Below, piece by piece: positions 1-8,881 of a stretch of DNA of 64,000 bases (the first letter of the stretch is position 1; the number at the start of each line of letters is the position of its first letter). The translations under genes were made by a program, and so were the position numbers. Source of the stretch: Bacteriovoracia bacterium (GTDB lineage: Bacteria > Bdellovibrionota > UBA1018 > CAIPTA01); contig JBFWVL010000001.1 in NCBI GenBank assembly GCA_050246755.1, positions 672,001 through 736,000 on the forward strand, given 5' to 3'. Under the pieces are notes generated by a model. That model searched no databases and was not told where the DNA came from. It worked only from the letters and a program-made list of their open reading frames with translations.

Positions 1-346
1 CATACACGTGCGCCAAGCAAAGCGCCAAGGCGGCATCCAACTCTTCCCCCGAAAGGGTACGCACTAGGCCCTCGCTCAGCACCACATAGGCCGAACGCCC
101 CCTCCTCACCAATAAGGCATTTGGAGAAAACTCGGGCAAAACGCGCAGCTCGGGAACTCGCACGCGGTAGGCCGCCGCCACCGCCTCTAGCCTCTCCTGT
201 ACCTGTAACCAGATAGGCTCTTGGCGCTGGGCCGGATTGGCTTCTAAGTGCCGCAAAAGACGGGGTAAAGCTAGCCAGCCCAAATACCAGGCATAGAGTA
301 GACCCACAAATAGTAGAGCGCCAAAAACGGCGAAAAAGACATTCAT
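1..346 (-). CDS. HtpX/M48 peptidase-like membrane protein, truncated by the window edge, degenerate zinc motif
   Basis: Own translation from ATG at 346: MNVFFAVFGALLFVGLLYAW...PEFSPNALLV...VVLSEGLVRTLSGEELDAALALCLAH. Matches the M48 pattern PNA...GL...L..EEL.AVLAHELAH. Confidence 0.65.
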   Translation of the reverse strand, partial: MNVFFAVFGALLFVGLLYAWYLGWLALPRLLRHLEANPAQRQEPIWLQVQERLEAVAAAYRVRVPELRVLPEFSPNALLVRRGRSAYVVLSEGLVRTLSGEELDAALALCLAHVY

Positions 347-376
347 CTCCTTTCTTTTATATCCGATAAGTTGGGG

Positions 377-589
377 ATGAGCGACGACGATCTAATCTGT
401 ATCTGCATGAGCGTATCGCGGGGCGAAATTAGGGCCGCGGTGAAGAGTGGTAACGATAGCCTAGAGGGGCTAAAGGCCTCACTATTTTGCTGCACTGGCT
501 GCGGAACCTGTGAGGGCCGCGTGCGCAAGGTAATGGAAGAAACCCAGGCCGAAGCGCAAGCGCCTACTCTCGAAAAAACCGGAAGCTAA
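377..589 (+). CDS. BFD-like [2Fe-2S]-binding protein
   Basis: ICxC...GCGTC motif in a 70-aa protein. Confidence 0.85.
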   Translation: MSDDDLICICMSVSRGEIRAAVKSGNDSLEGLKASLFCCTGCGTCEGRVRKVMEETQAEAQAPTLEKTGS

Positions 590-626
590 TACGCCAATTT
601 AAAAAATTTCGAATCCCAAAATCCGC

Positions 627-1943
627 CTAAGCGGATTTTTTGCCTTTGCCCTTGGTGCTTACGCCCTCGAGCTGAATGCCGGACTGAGGCGCACCGGGTA
701 TGAGGGTTCTCTCCGATTGCTCATCGTCGGAACCGCCGTCGCGCACGGCAAATTGGGAAGTATTGCTCGCTTGTTGTAGAAGCTCATTGGCCTCTACGCC
801 GGCCTGGGTTCCGCCCACCATTCCCGAAAGCTTAAGCACGAGGTCTTCCTTCTTATCGCTGTTTAGGATCGCTTCTTCCTGCGTGATCAGCCCGTCGCGC
901 ACGAGCTGCTCGAGCGCCTGGTTCATGCTTTGCATTTTGTAATAAAGGTTCGAGCTTTCCATCACCACGTCGAGCTCGTTGATGCGGTTTTCCGCGATCA
1001 GCTTTTCCACCGTGGGGGACCGAGTGAGGATTTCGCAGGCCGCGATGCGCCCTTTGCCATCAGCCCGGCGCACGAGACGCTGCGTAACCACCCCGAGAAT
1101 GCAACTAGCGAGCTGGATGCGGAGCTGATTCTGCGCATCGGCCGGAAAACTATCGAGGATACGATCGATGCTCTGGGCGGCATCGTTGGTGTGCAGAGTG
1201 CTCACCACGAGGTGCCCGGTTTCGGCGGCGGTGATGGCCGTTTGGATCGTGGCGAAATCACGCATCTCCCCGATCATGATCACATCGGGATCCTGGCGGA
1301 GGGCGGCCCGGAGCGCCAACGGCATGCTCACGGCATCTACCCCAACTTCTCTCTGAGAAATGGTGCCGATCTTATCTTCGAAAATATATTCGATCGGATC
1401 TTCGATCGTGACCACGTGCACCCGCGCATTGCGGTTGATGTGCTCGATCACTCCGGCGAGGGTGGTGGATTTTCCGGAACCGGTAGCGCCCGTGAGCAGC
1501 AGCAGGCCCCGCGGCTTGAGCGCGAGCTCGCCCACTACCGGCGGCAAGCCCAGTGAACCGAGCAGCGGAACTTCGAGGGGCACCACGCGGATCACGAAGG
1601 CGAGGGTGCCCTTCTGCATGAACACATTGGCGCGAAAGCGCGAAAGGCCCGGCACTAAATAACCAAAATCTATTTGAAGGCCTTCTTCGAATTCCTTGAT
1701 CTGCTTCTGCGTCATGGTGCTATAGGCCAGGCGCTTCACTTCTTCGTGCGAAAGCGGGGGAAGCTTCGCGGGCAGCAGTTTTCCATTGATCCGGTAGAGA
1801 GGCGGCCGCCCGGCCTTCACGTGCAAGTCAGAAGCCTTATGTTTCACGAGGCCCTTGAGCAGGGAATAAATAGTGGTGGTCTTATCGCTGGATTCCGCGA
1901 CCGGCTCGGTTAAAATCTGTTCGGCGGCTACTTCGTCCGGCAT
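627..1943 (-). CDS. pilT: Type IV pilus retraction ATPase, PilT/PilU family
   Basis: ASDLH, GATGSGKSTT, TIEDPIE, ALRQDPDVIMIGEMRD, AETGHLVVSTLHTN. Confidence 0.93.
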   Translation of the reverse strand: MPDEVAAEQILTEPVAESSDKTTTIYSLLKGLVKHKASDLHVKAGRPPLYRINGKLLPAKLPPLSHEEVKRLAYSTMTQKQIKEFEEGLQIDFGYLVPGLSRFRANVFMQKGTLAFVIRVVPLEVPLLGSLGLPPVVGELALKPRGLLLLTGATGSGKSTTLAGVIEHINRNARVHVVTIEDPIEYIFEDKIGTISQREVGVDAVSMPLALRAALRQDPDVIMIGEMRDFATIQTAITAAETGHLVVSTLHTNDAAQSIDRILDSFPADAQNQLRIQLASCILGVVTQRLVRRADGKGRIAACEILTRSPTVEKLIAENRINELDVVMESSNLYYKMQSMNQALEQLVRDGLITQEEAILNSDKKEDLVLKLSGMVGGTQAGVEANELLQQASNTSQFAVRDGGSDDEQSERTLIPGAPQSGIQLEGVSTKGKGKKSA

Positions 1944-1944
1944 T

Positions 1945-2766
1945 TTAACCCGCCCTACGCGCCAACTCGGCGGTTAGAAAACGGACTTCGATGATTTTTA
2001 CGGCCATGCGAATGGCTTGCTCGAGGAATTCTACGTCTCGTTCGTGGAAGCTGCCGCCAGCGTGCCGATTGAAAAGCTCGATCACCCCATAGAGTTGGTT
2101 CGTGATCACGATCGGCGCGGCGAGGCAGGTGCGCGTATCGAATCCCGTGCCCGCGCTGATGGCCCGCAGCTGCATCTCATCGCTGGCGAGATCTTTCAGC
2201 AGCACCGTCTGGCGGCTCTCCGCCACGTGGCCCACGATGCCCTTGTTGGCCGGCACGCGGAAAGACTTCAGCTGTTCGGCGTCGCCGCCGCCCACGCTGG
2301 CGCGAAAAAAGAATTCTTTGGATTCGGAGTCGAACTCGAGAATGGACCCCGCTTCGGCGTTCAATCCGTCCACGATCGCCTTCAGCACGCCTTCCATCAT
2401 TTCAGAAAATGGGCGGTCACAAACCACGAGGTCAAAAAGCTTGGCGGCCATTTCCCAGCGGGCGTTCGCCTGCAAGCCGTCGAGGCTACCGTCTTCCACC
2501 GTTACCGGAACGTTCTCGGAGAGAGCCTGAAGCATGTCGAGATTTTCTTCGGGTACGCCAATCAGTTCGTGAATGGCGTCGGCCGCTTCGTTCAGCACGC
2601 TCGCGGGATTTCCGGGCTCGGAAAAATCCAATACGATGCCGTCGAGTCCGGGGTCCTCGAAATTCTGGGCGAGCCCTTCTTCACGATCTACCGGCAGATC
2701 CGGAATATCGCTGAATTCGGGTGGCTTTTTCTTAGCGGCGTTCGACAAAAGAATTCTCCCCTTCAC
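1945..2766 (-). CDS. Stand-alone GAF domain protein with acidic N-terminus
   Basis: GIVGHVA...TRTCLAAPI...LYGVIELFNR...F..RD. Confidence 0.85.
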   Translation of the reverse strand: MKGRILLSNAAKKKPPEFSDIPDLPVDREEGLAQNFEDPGLDGIVLDFSEPGNPASVLNEAADAIHELIGVPEENLDMLQALSENVPVTVEDGSLDGLQANARWEMAAKLFDLVVCDRPFSEMMEGVLKAIVDGLNAEAGSILEFDSESKEFFFRASVGGGDAEQLKSFRVPANKGIVGHVAESRQTVLLKDLASDEMQLRAISAGTGFDTRTCLAAPIVITNQLYGVIELFNRHAGGSFHERDVEFLEQAIRMAVKIIEVRFLTAELARRAG

Positions 2767-2783
2767 GCAATGCGCTTAAGGAC

Positions 2784-2811
2784 TAATCGGAACTCTAAGC
2801 CATTGACTTGA
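2784..2811 (-). promoter_or_regulatory. FliA/sigma28-type promoter
   Basis: TCAAG-N15-TCCGATTA upstream of the GAF-pilT operon. Confidence 0.6.
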
Positions 2812-2877
2812 GGGAAGTTTCCCGCCACACGCTATAATTTAATTATTAATTTCAACCACTTGGAGATGAACGCGCGG

Positions 2878-3684
2878 CTATTTTTTCTTTGCCACGAGGC
2901 TGGCGGTCGCGCTTTTGCCGTCGTTCTCTTCGGAATAGTGCAGGATCTCGAAATCGCCGAAGGCTTTCTTCAGCTCGCCCGCTTCCAATAAATAATCTTT
3001 GTCCATCGAGGATCCGCCGGGATTCTTCAGGTGAGCCGTGGTGTAGGTCTGAAATACCACCACCCCGCCGGATTTCAGCCCCGCTTTGATTTCCGGGATG
3101 AGCGAGCGCTGCAGGTAGAAGAAATTGATGATCGCGGTGTAGGATGCCGGCTTAATATGATATTTGTTTAGGTCCGCGTTCACCGTTTGGATCTTCACGC
3201 CGTTTTCGGCCGCAAGCTTCTTGGCTTTGCGCAATCCCACCACGGAAATATCCACGCCTTCCACGAGGAAGCCTTTTTTGGCGAGGAAAACGGCATTACG
3301 ACCCTCCCCCGTGGCGATGTCCAGCGCGCGGCCTTTAGGGAGGCTGTCCACGAAGCGCACGAGAAACTCGGCGGGGTCTTTTCCGAATACGTAGTCTTTA
3401 CGGGCGTAGGTTTTATCCCAGGCGGTACGGTCGTCGCCGAAATCGCTGTCGCCGGTGATGGCCATGAGGCGGGTGGTGCGATTCTTTTTCGAATCAGAGA
3501 CGGGCCCCTCGGGCTCTTCTTCCGCGCGGAGTGTGGAGGAGACTAAGAGGGAGAGCGAAAATACAAAAAAAATTGCCCTGCCGATACTTCCTCTCCGCGG
3601 GGTTTTGCTCTCTAGGGAGCTCGCACGGTTTACGAAAACACGGCGAAAACGGAAGGAAATAGGGTCAGGGCAAGTTGGGGTCAT
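2878..3684 (-). CDS. Class I SAM-dependent methyltransferase, TehB-like, with N-terminal hydrophobic segment; start uncertain
   Basis: ALDIATGEGRNAVFLA motif I, GVDIS. Confidence 0.85.
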   Translation of the reverse strand: MTPTCPDPISFRFRRVFVNRASSLESKTPRRGSIGRAIFFVFSLSLLVSSTLRAEEEPEGPVSDSKKNRTTRLMAITGDSDFGDDRTAWDKTYARKDYVFGKDPAEFLVRFVDSLPKGRALDIATGEGRNAVFLAKKGFLVEGVDISVVGLRKAKKLAAENGVKIQTVNADLNKYHIKPASYTAIINFFYLQRSLIPEIKAGLKSGGVVVFQTYTTAHLKNPGGSSMDKDYLLEAGELKKAFGDFEILHYSEENDGKSATASLVAKKK

Positions 3685-3691
3685 ATTCCAA

Positions 3692-4231
3692 TTAGAATAT
3701 GCGCTTCATCTTCCTCTGCAAAGTGCGGCGGTCGATTCCAAGCAATAAAGCGGCTTTGCTTACGTTGCCTTTAGTGGCCTTGAGGGCCTTTTCGATTCCA
3801 ACGCGCTCCAAGATATTGAGGTTGTAGGAACGGAACTCGGATTCGTCCATACCGGGAACGCGCTTTTTCTTCTTATCGATCAAGCGCTGGGCCTCGTTGA
3901 GGATCGCGTCCACGTCGCAGGGCTTCTGCAGCACGGAATCGGCGCCTTCCTTCATCGACTCCACGGCCATGGGGATACTGCCGTAGCCGGTGAGCAAAAT
4001 ATAAACGGGCTGAGGATTGAATACGTGCATCTCGCGAAGCACGGAAATTCCATCGAGGCCGGGCATGCGGTAGTCGAGGAGAACTAGATCCGGCGAATTC
4101 TCGCGGAAAATTCCCATGGCTTCTGGCTCGCTCTGGGCGGTCCAAGCGCGCATGCGGCGTTTTTCGAACGCGCCTTTTAGGCTATTACGGAAAGTCTCAT
4201 CATCATCCACGATCAATACGCTAGAAACCAT
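3692..4231 (-). CDS. Response regulator, RegA/PrrA-like (REC + Fis-type HTH)
   Basis: VDDD, LLDYRMP, LTGYGSI, QKP, GNVSKAALLLGIDRRTLQRK. Confidence 0.9.
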   Translation of the reverse strand: MVSSVLIVDDDETFRNSLKGAFEKRRMRAWTAQSEPEAMGIFRENSPDLVLLDYRMPGLDGISVLREMHVFNPQPVYILLTGYGSIPMAVESMKEGADSVLQKPCDVDAILNEAQRLIDKKKKRVPGMDESEFRSYNLNILERVGIEKALKATKGNVSKAALLLGIDRRTLQRKMKRIF

Positions 4232-4254
4232 TTTAGACCCCTTTTTTGTACCAT

Positions 4255-5550
4255 TTAGGCCGAGACAGCTTGGTCATCAAACGCCTCGAACCTAGGTAAA
4301 GTGACCCGTAGGATAGCACCGCGACCGGAATGATCGGCAACGACAATCCTGCCGCACACGTGTTCCAGCAGGTAGTAACTCATATACAGCCCTAAACCAG
4401 AGCTAAGTTCTTGAGTTTTCGTGGAAAAGAAGGCTTCAAATGCACGCTCTTTACCCTCTTCCGTGAAACCCGGACCATTATCGGCCACCTCAAAGACTAA
4501 GCTTCCTTCTATCAAATCCTGATAAGCTTGCACTACTATTCGGGCGTCGGGTTCATTTTTCACCGCATACAGCGCGTTTTTCAGCAAATTTTCAAAAACC
4601 TGCCGCAAAACTAGCTCGGGCACCCCAATTTTTTCGGGAAGATCGTGCACCCTCAGCTCGAACTCCACGCTTCTCTTTACTGGATGTTTTTTTGCGTCCT
4701 CCTGCCGAACTGATTCATAAATATCCCGCAGCCAATCGCGAATCTCCACGGCAGAGTAGCGAATATCGTCACTCGAGCGCACCAGAGTATGGGAGTAGCC
4801 CAGTAAAAGCGAAACGATGTCTCCGCATCGTTTGGCCTCGCCCGCGATCAAAGTGAGTTCCTTCTTTAGGGCCGCCGGAGCTTCCGCGATGCTTTCTCTC
4901 GCGAGCAGAAGGATGGAATTGAGCGGGGTTCCGATCTCGTGCGCTAGCCCCGCCACTAGGCGTCCCAGAGCCTCCATCTTCAGATGAAAGCGAGCTTCAT
5001 CCTGCGCGCGGCCCAGGCGATGAAGAAAAATCAAAATGAAAGCGGTGGTAACCACTATCATCAGAATCATTCCCAAGGGAAAAGCGAGCCATACGGGGGA
5101 AGCACGAAGTGCAAACGCTTTTCCCTGCACCACCAGCGGAGGGGCGAAAGCCAATAGCGCTACGCAGGCCGAAGCCACCGCCGCGGTAGTGAGGGTGAAC
5201 ACCGGGCTCAGTAAAAGGCCGGCGACCATCACGTGGAAAAGAAAAAATTCCACGAAAGGGTTCATGAGACCGCCGCTTTCCCACAATAGGAAGGTAAGCG
5301 CGCAAAAATCCACTACCACCTGCAAACAAAGAAAAGCCTGTAAGCTCAATGGAATCACTTGCTCGATTTTTGGCAGTAGCCCGTTCCATAATGCCAACGC
5401 GGCCAGCAAGGCCATGATGGGAATGATTCTCAGTACGATACCAGCTGCGTCGCCAGCTAGAACGGCCAGGGACAAACCGAAAATAGTTACCCAGCGCAAA
5501 TTGCGCAGCCAAGCGGGAGATTCGAGCTCGAAATGTATCGGTATCGCCAT
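4255..5550 (-). CDS. Sensor histidine kinase, RegB/PrrB-like
   Basis: About 6 TM segments with GGLMNPF (RegB GGxxNPF quinone motif); AHEIGTPL H-box; NLLKNA; DNGPG; GLGL. Confidence 0.9.
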   Translation of the reverse strand: MAIPIHFELESPAWLRNLRWVTIFGLSLAVLAGDAAGIVLRIIPIMALLAALALWNGLLPKIEQVIPLSLQAFLCLQVVVDFCALTFLLWESGGLMNPFVEFFLFHVMVAGLLLSPVFTLTTAAVASACVALLAFAPPLVVQGKAFALRASPVWLAFPLGMILMIVVTTAFILIFLHRLGRAQDEARFHLKMEALGRLVAGLAHEIGTPLNSILLLARESIAEAPAALKKELTLIAGEAKRCGDIVSLLLGYSHTLVRSSDDIRYSAVEIRDWLRDIYESVRQEDAKKHPVKRSVEFELRVHDLPEKIGVPELVLRQVFENLLKNALYAVKNEPDARIVVQAYQDLIEGSLVFEVADNGPGFTEEGKERAFEAFFSTKTQELSSGLGLYMSYYLLEHVCGRIVVADHSGRGAILRVTLPRFEAFDDQAVSA

Positions 5551-5589
5551 GCAGCCTCCTCGCGGCCGCTCCTGAGCTGGCGCGCCCCT

Positions 5590-6594
5590 CTAGTTTAACC
5601 CCGAGAGAACCAGATCGTGCACGCGCAAAACGCCCACACACCCGCCCTCGTCGTCTACCACGGGCAGGAAGCTAAGCTGCCCCGCCCGGTTCTCCATCAC
5701 GTCGAGAGCGTCGGCGGCCTTGGTCTTGGGCCCAACCGATTTCGGCTTCTTCGTCATGATGTCGCCAGCCTTTAGGCCAAAAAACGTCTCCTTTTTCAAG
5801 AGAGCGCGGCGAATATCCCCTTCCACCACCACACCCGCAAGCTTAGGGAGGCCGCCGGAGGTCTTTCCGTCGGCAATGCAGATTCCGCTGTGGCGAAATT
5901 TCGTGAGGGCGATCACCACTTCATCGATCGAAGCGTCGGGCGCAAGCACCGCGAACTCACCCGCTCCGTGCATCAAATCTTCCACGAGCGTGAGCAAGCG
6001 GCGGCCAAGCTTTCCGCCCGGATGAAACTTCGCGAACTTATCGGGACCAAAACCCGCGCGCAGCTTGAGGGCCATCGCCACCGCATCGCCCACCGCCATC
6101 GCGAGCGTGGAGGAAGCCGTGGGCGCAAGATTATCGGGGCAAGCCTCGGAAGAGATGCTCGAGGAAATCACCGCATGCGCGTGCTTGGCGATGGACCCAT
6201 TGGGATTTCCTAAAATCGCCACCACTCCCCGGCAAAGATCCTGGGCGGCCGCGAGCATCAACAAAACTTCTTGGGAGGATCCGCTATGCGAAAAAACCAC
6301 TAAGGCATCGTTGGGCGCCAGAACTCCGAGGTCGCCGTGCAGCGCCTCGGTGGGATGCAAAAAAACCGCCACGCTGCCGGTGCTGGTGAGCGTGGCCGCA
6401 ACTTTCTGGGCCACATTTCCGGATTTTCCCACTCCCGAAACCACCACTTTGCCGCCCTTCGCGAGCGTCTCGTGGAGAAAATCCACCGCCTGCACGAAAG
6501 ATTCTCCGAGAGCGCCGGCGGCGCTAGCTAACGCTTCCGCCTCTACGCGTAATACGCGGCGGCCTTCTTCGAGGGTATTGTTTTGTTGCGGCAC
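5590..6594 (-). CDS. kdsD: Arabinose-5-phosphate isomerase, KpsF/GutQ family (SIS + CBS)
   Basis: GVGKSG, HPTEALHGDLG, APTASST, HPGGKLG, CBS pair. Confidence 0.93.
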   Translation of the reverse strand: MPQQNNTLEEGRRVLRVEAEALASAAGALGESFVQAVDFLHETLAKGGKVVVSGVGKSGNVAQKVAATLTSTGSVAVFLHPTEALHGDLGVLAPNDALVVFSHSGSSQEVLLMLAAAQDLCRGVVAILGNPNGSIAKHAHAVISSSISSEACPDNLAPTASSTLAMAVGDAVAMALKLRAGFGPDKFAKFHPGGKLGRRLLTLVEDLMHGAGEFAVLAPDASIDEVVIALTKFRHSGICIADGKTSGGLPKLAGVVVEGDIRRALLKKETFFGLKAGDIMTKKPKSVGPKTKAADALDVMENRAGQLSFLPVVDDEGGCVGVLRVHDLVLSGLN

Positions 6595-6711
6595 GGTGGA
6601 TTTATACTATTTCAGAAAGGAATTGGCAGCAAATAGCGGAAAAAATCTGCGTTTACAGTTACGCTATTTGCTGTCAGCGAATTTAACGCAATCTCTAATG
6701 GAGGGAAAGTC

Positions 6712-8313
6712 ATGCGCGTCATCAATCCATTCCTGGTAATTTCTCTGGCCCTGCTTTCCGGTTCCGCCTGGGCGGTTCCTTCGGACTCTTACCTTTTCAA
6801 CGTAAAATCACAGACCGCGGCCGCGAAATCGCCGCCCGCCTTCTGGGACGTTCTTTTCGGCCGCGCAAAACTCGATGCCGATCTCACCGTGAAAGTTACC
6901 GATGCCGCCACCGGGCTGCCGATGGCCGGGGCCGCCGTGATGGTGGGAACGAAAAATGGCGATCCCTTCACCGAAAACGTGGTGCGCACCGATGAGGCCG
7001 GCCTCGCCGCCTTCACCCACGAAAGCCTGCGTTCCGGTACCCCGCGCCCCATCACGGTGGGCAAAGCGGGCTTCACGGTGGTATCGCTCTTACAGAACAC
7101 CAACAACGTGGTGGACGTGGCTCTCCAGAAAATCCAGGGCGAGCGCGACTACGGCTTTATGCGCGGAAAATTGACGGGCTTTCCGCCCGGTTTCGACAGC
7201 GGAACGCTGGAGCTTGGCCTCTTCGTGCCGGCCACCCGCCCCGCCGATCTTCTGAGCTTCGATCTCGGCCTCTTCGTGTCGAGCTACAAAGTAAAGATCG
7301 ACGTCTACGGCGAGCGCGAAGTGCCCGGCAATGCCGTGCTTCCGAACCAAAGCAAACGCTGGGGGCTCATCCCGCTCAGCTTCAATAAACCCGACTACAT
7401 CATGCCGCTCCCGAACGGGCTCGAAACCCATATGGCGGGAATGGTGGGCTCAGTGGCGATCAGCCCGGCCGTGACCGCGATCCGCAATAAAGATTTTATC
7501 TCGGTGCTGAACATCACTTCCTTCAACCACGTGGGCTGGACCAGCCGCCGCGTGAAAGTGAACGGCGACGATAACTTCGACATCAACGCCCGCCACGAAG
7601 TTACTCCGGCAATGCTCACTTCGAAAGTAAGCGGCGTGCCCGAGAAGCTCGATGTGGTTTCGATCTCGCTGGTGGACCCCGAAGGCGATGGCGGCGATTT
7701 CGTGGCGATGGACATCAAGGCACAGAAAGCCGAAGAAGTGAAAAACGGGAATACCCAGTTCAAGCTCGGCCTGCTGAAGAATCGCGTGCAAGGCGCCGCT
7801 TACTATATCTTCACGGGAATCTTCGACCGCAAGCAACTCAGCTCGAGCCCGCTGAACATTGCTGCCACCCCAGACTACCGCTGGATCGTGGGCTCCACGA
7901 AACCCGTGGGCAGCGCCCGCGCGGCCGAAACCCGTTTCTCCTCATTCCTCAAGCAGATGAAGCCGCAGGGCGTGAGCCAGGGCAACCGAGAATACCGCTT
8001 CAGCACGGCCAGCAACTCGAAGGTGGAACCCGACTTCACGATGGTGAACATCGTTTCCGAAAAACAGAATCAGCGCACCCAAGGTATCACGCGCGCGATC
8101 CTTTGGTCGTCGATCGTGCAGGGCGGGATAACCCAGTTGAACCTTCCCGACCTCGGCCGCCCCGTGCTGCCGAATCCAGACAGCTCCAAAGGCGAGCGTT
8201 TCTTCTGGGAAGTGGTGGCGATAAAAACCCGTCAGCCGGCGAAATCCGAGCTCGACCTGCAGTCGGCCCTAAGGAATGTGGAGCATGTTTCGAGCTTTAC
8301 GAAAGCGTTCTAA
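6712..8313 (+). CDS. Secreted hypothetical protein with an N-terminal prealbumin/carboxypeptidase-regulatory-like fold
   Basis: Signal peptide ending AWA; VKVTDAATGLPMAGAAV...TDEAG; coding-like codon bias. Confidence 0.65.
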   Translation: MRVINPFLVISLALLSGSAWAVPSDSYLFNVKSQTAAAKSPPAFWDVLFGRAKLDADLTVKVTDAATGLPMAGAAVMVGTKNGDPFTENVVRTDEAGLAAFTHESLRSGTPRPITVGKAGFTVVSLLQNTNNVVDVALQKIQGERDYGFMRGKLTGFPPGFDSGTLELGLFVPATRPADLLSFDLGLFVSSYKVKIDVYGEREVPGNAVLPNQSKRWGLIPLSFNKPDYIMPLPNGLETHMAGMVGSVAISPAVTAIRNKDFISVLNITSFNHVGWTSRRVKVNGDDNFDINARHEVTPAMLTSKVSGVPEKLDVVSISLVDPEGDGGDFVAMDIKAQKAEEVKNGNTQFKLGLLKNRVQGAAYYIFTGIFDRKQLSSSPLNIAATPDYRWIVGSTKPVGSARAAETRFSSFLKQMKPQGVSQGNREYRFSTASNSKVEPDFTMVNIVSEKQNQRTQGITRAILWSSIVQGGITQLNLPDLGRPVLPNPDSSKGERFFWEVVAIKTRQPAKSELDLQSALRNVEHVSSFTKAF

Positions 8314-8827
8314 ACACTGGCTAGCGCTGGGATGCATCGTGGGCGCCGGCCTCGGCTGCTCCAACCTGCCCTTCGTGCCGATCAACCACGCGCCGAGCCG
8401 TATCTTTCTCACGGATTTTTCCACCGCGTGGACCGCGGCCCTCGAGGCCGTTTCCGCTGGTCGCGATGTAGTGCGCGTGAACAACCGCGAGTCCGGAATC
8501 ATCGAGACGAACTGGATCAATAATACCGAATCTCGCAACTTTCTCGACGTTTTCTCCAACGAAGATTTCTTCCTGCAGATGCGCTACAAGCTGCAAGTGC
8601 AGGTGCGTGAGGGCAAGAAAAACGACCAGCAAGCGGTGATGGTGCGCGTGCTAAAACAGCAGCAGCGGCAAAATACTTTCCTCGGCGGCTGGATGGACGT
8701 GGAATCCGACGGGCTGGAAGAATCCGTTTACCTCTACCGGATCGGGCGCCTGGTGGCTATCCAGCAGTTCACCGAAGACCAGCAAGAAAAGCAAAAAGAA
8801 ATCGACGACGGCGATACGTTGTTCTAG
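8276..8827 (+). CDS. Outer-membrane lipoprotein, BamC/NlpB-like; start uncertain
   Basis: Lipobox-like GLGC; NRESGIIETNW motif. Confidence 0.55.
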   Translation: MWSMFRALRKRSKHWLALGCIVGAGLGCSNLPFVPINHAPSRIFLTDFSTAWTAALEAVSAGRDVVRVNNRESGIIETNWINNTESRNFLDVFSNEDFFLQMRYKLQVQVREGKKNDQQAVMVRVLKQQQRQNTFLGGWMDVESDGLEESVYLYRIGRLVAIQQFTEDQQEKQKEIDDGDTLF

Positions 8828-8881
8828 CCGCTTCCTCCGCGGAACCCCCATAGAATCAGCTAATTTCAGCAGCCTCTTTTT

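Noticed and set aside
4255-4545. 3' part of the kinase gene is rich in ATA/TTA/CTA/AGG codons and has a slightly odd G2 box (QELSSGLGL)
   Set aside because: The ORF and core motifs are intact; a recombination patch cannot be separated from weak codon bias without counting
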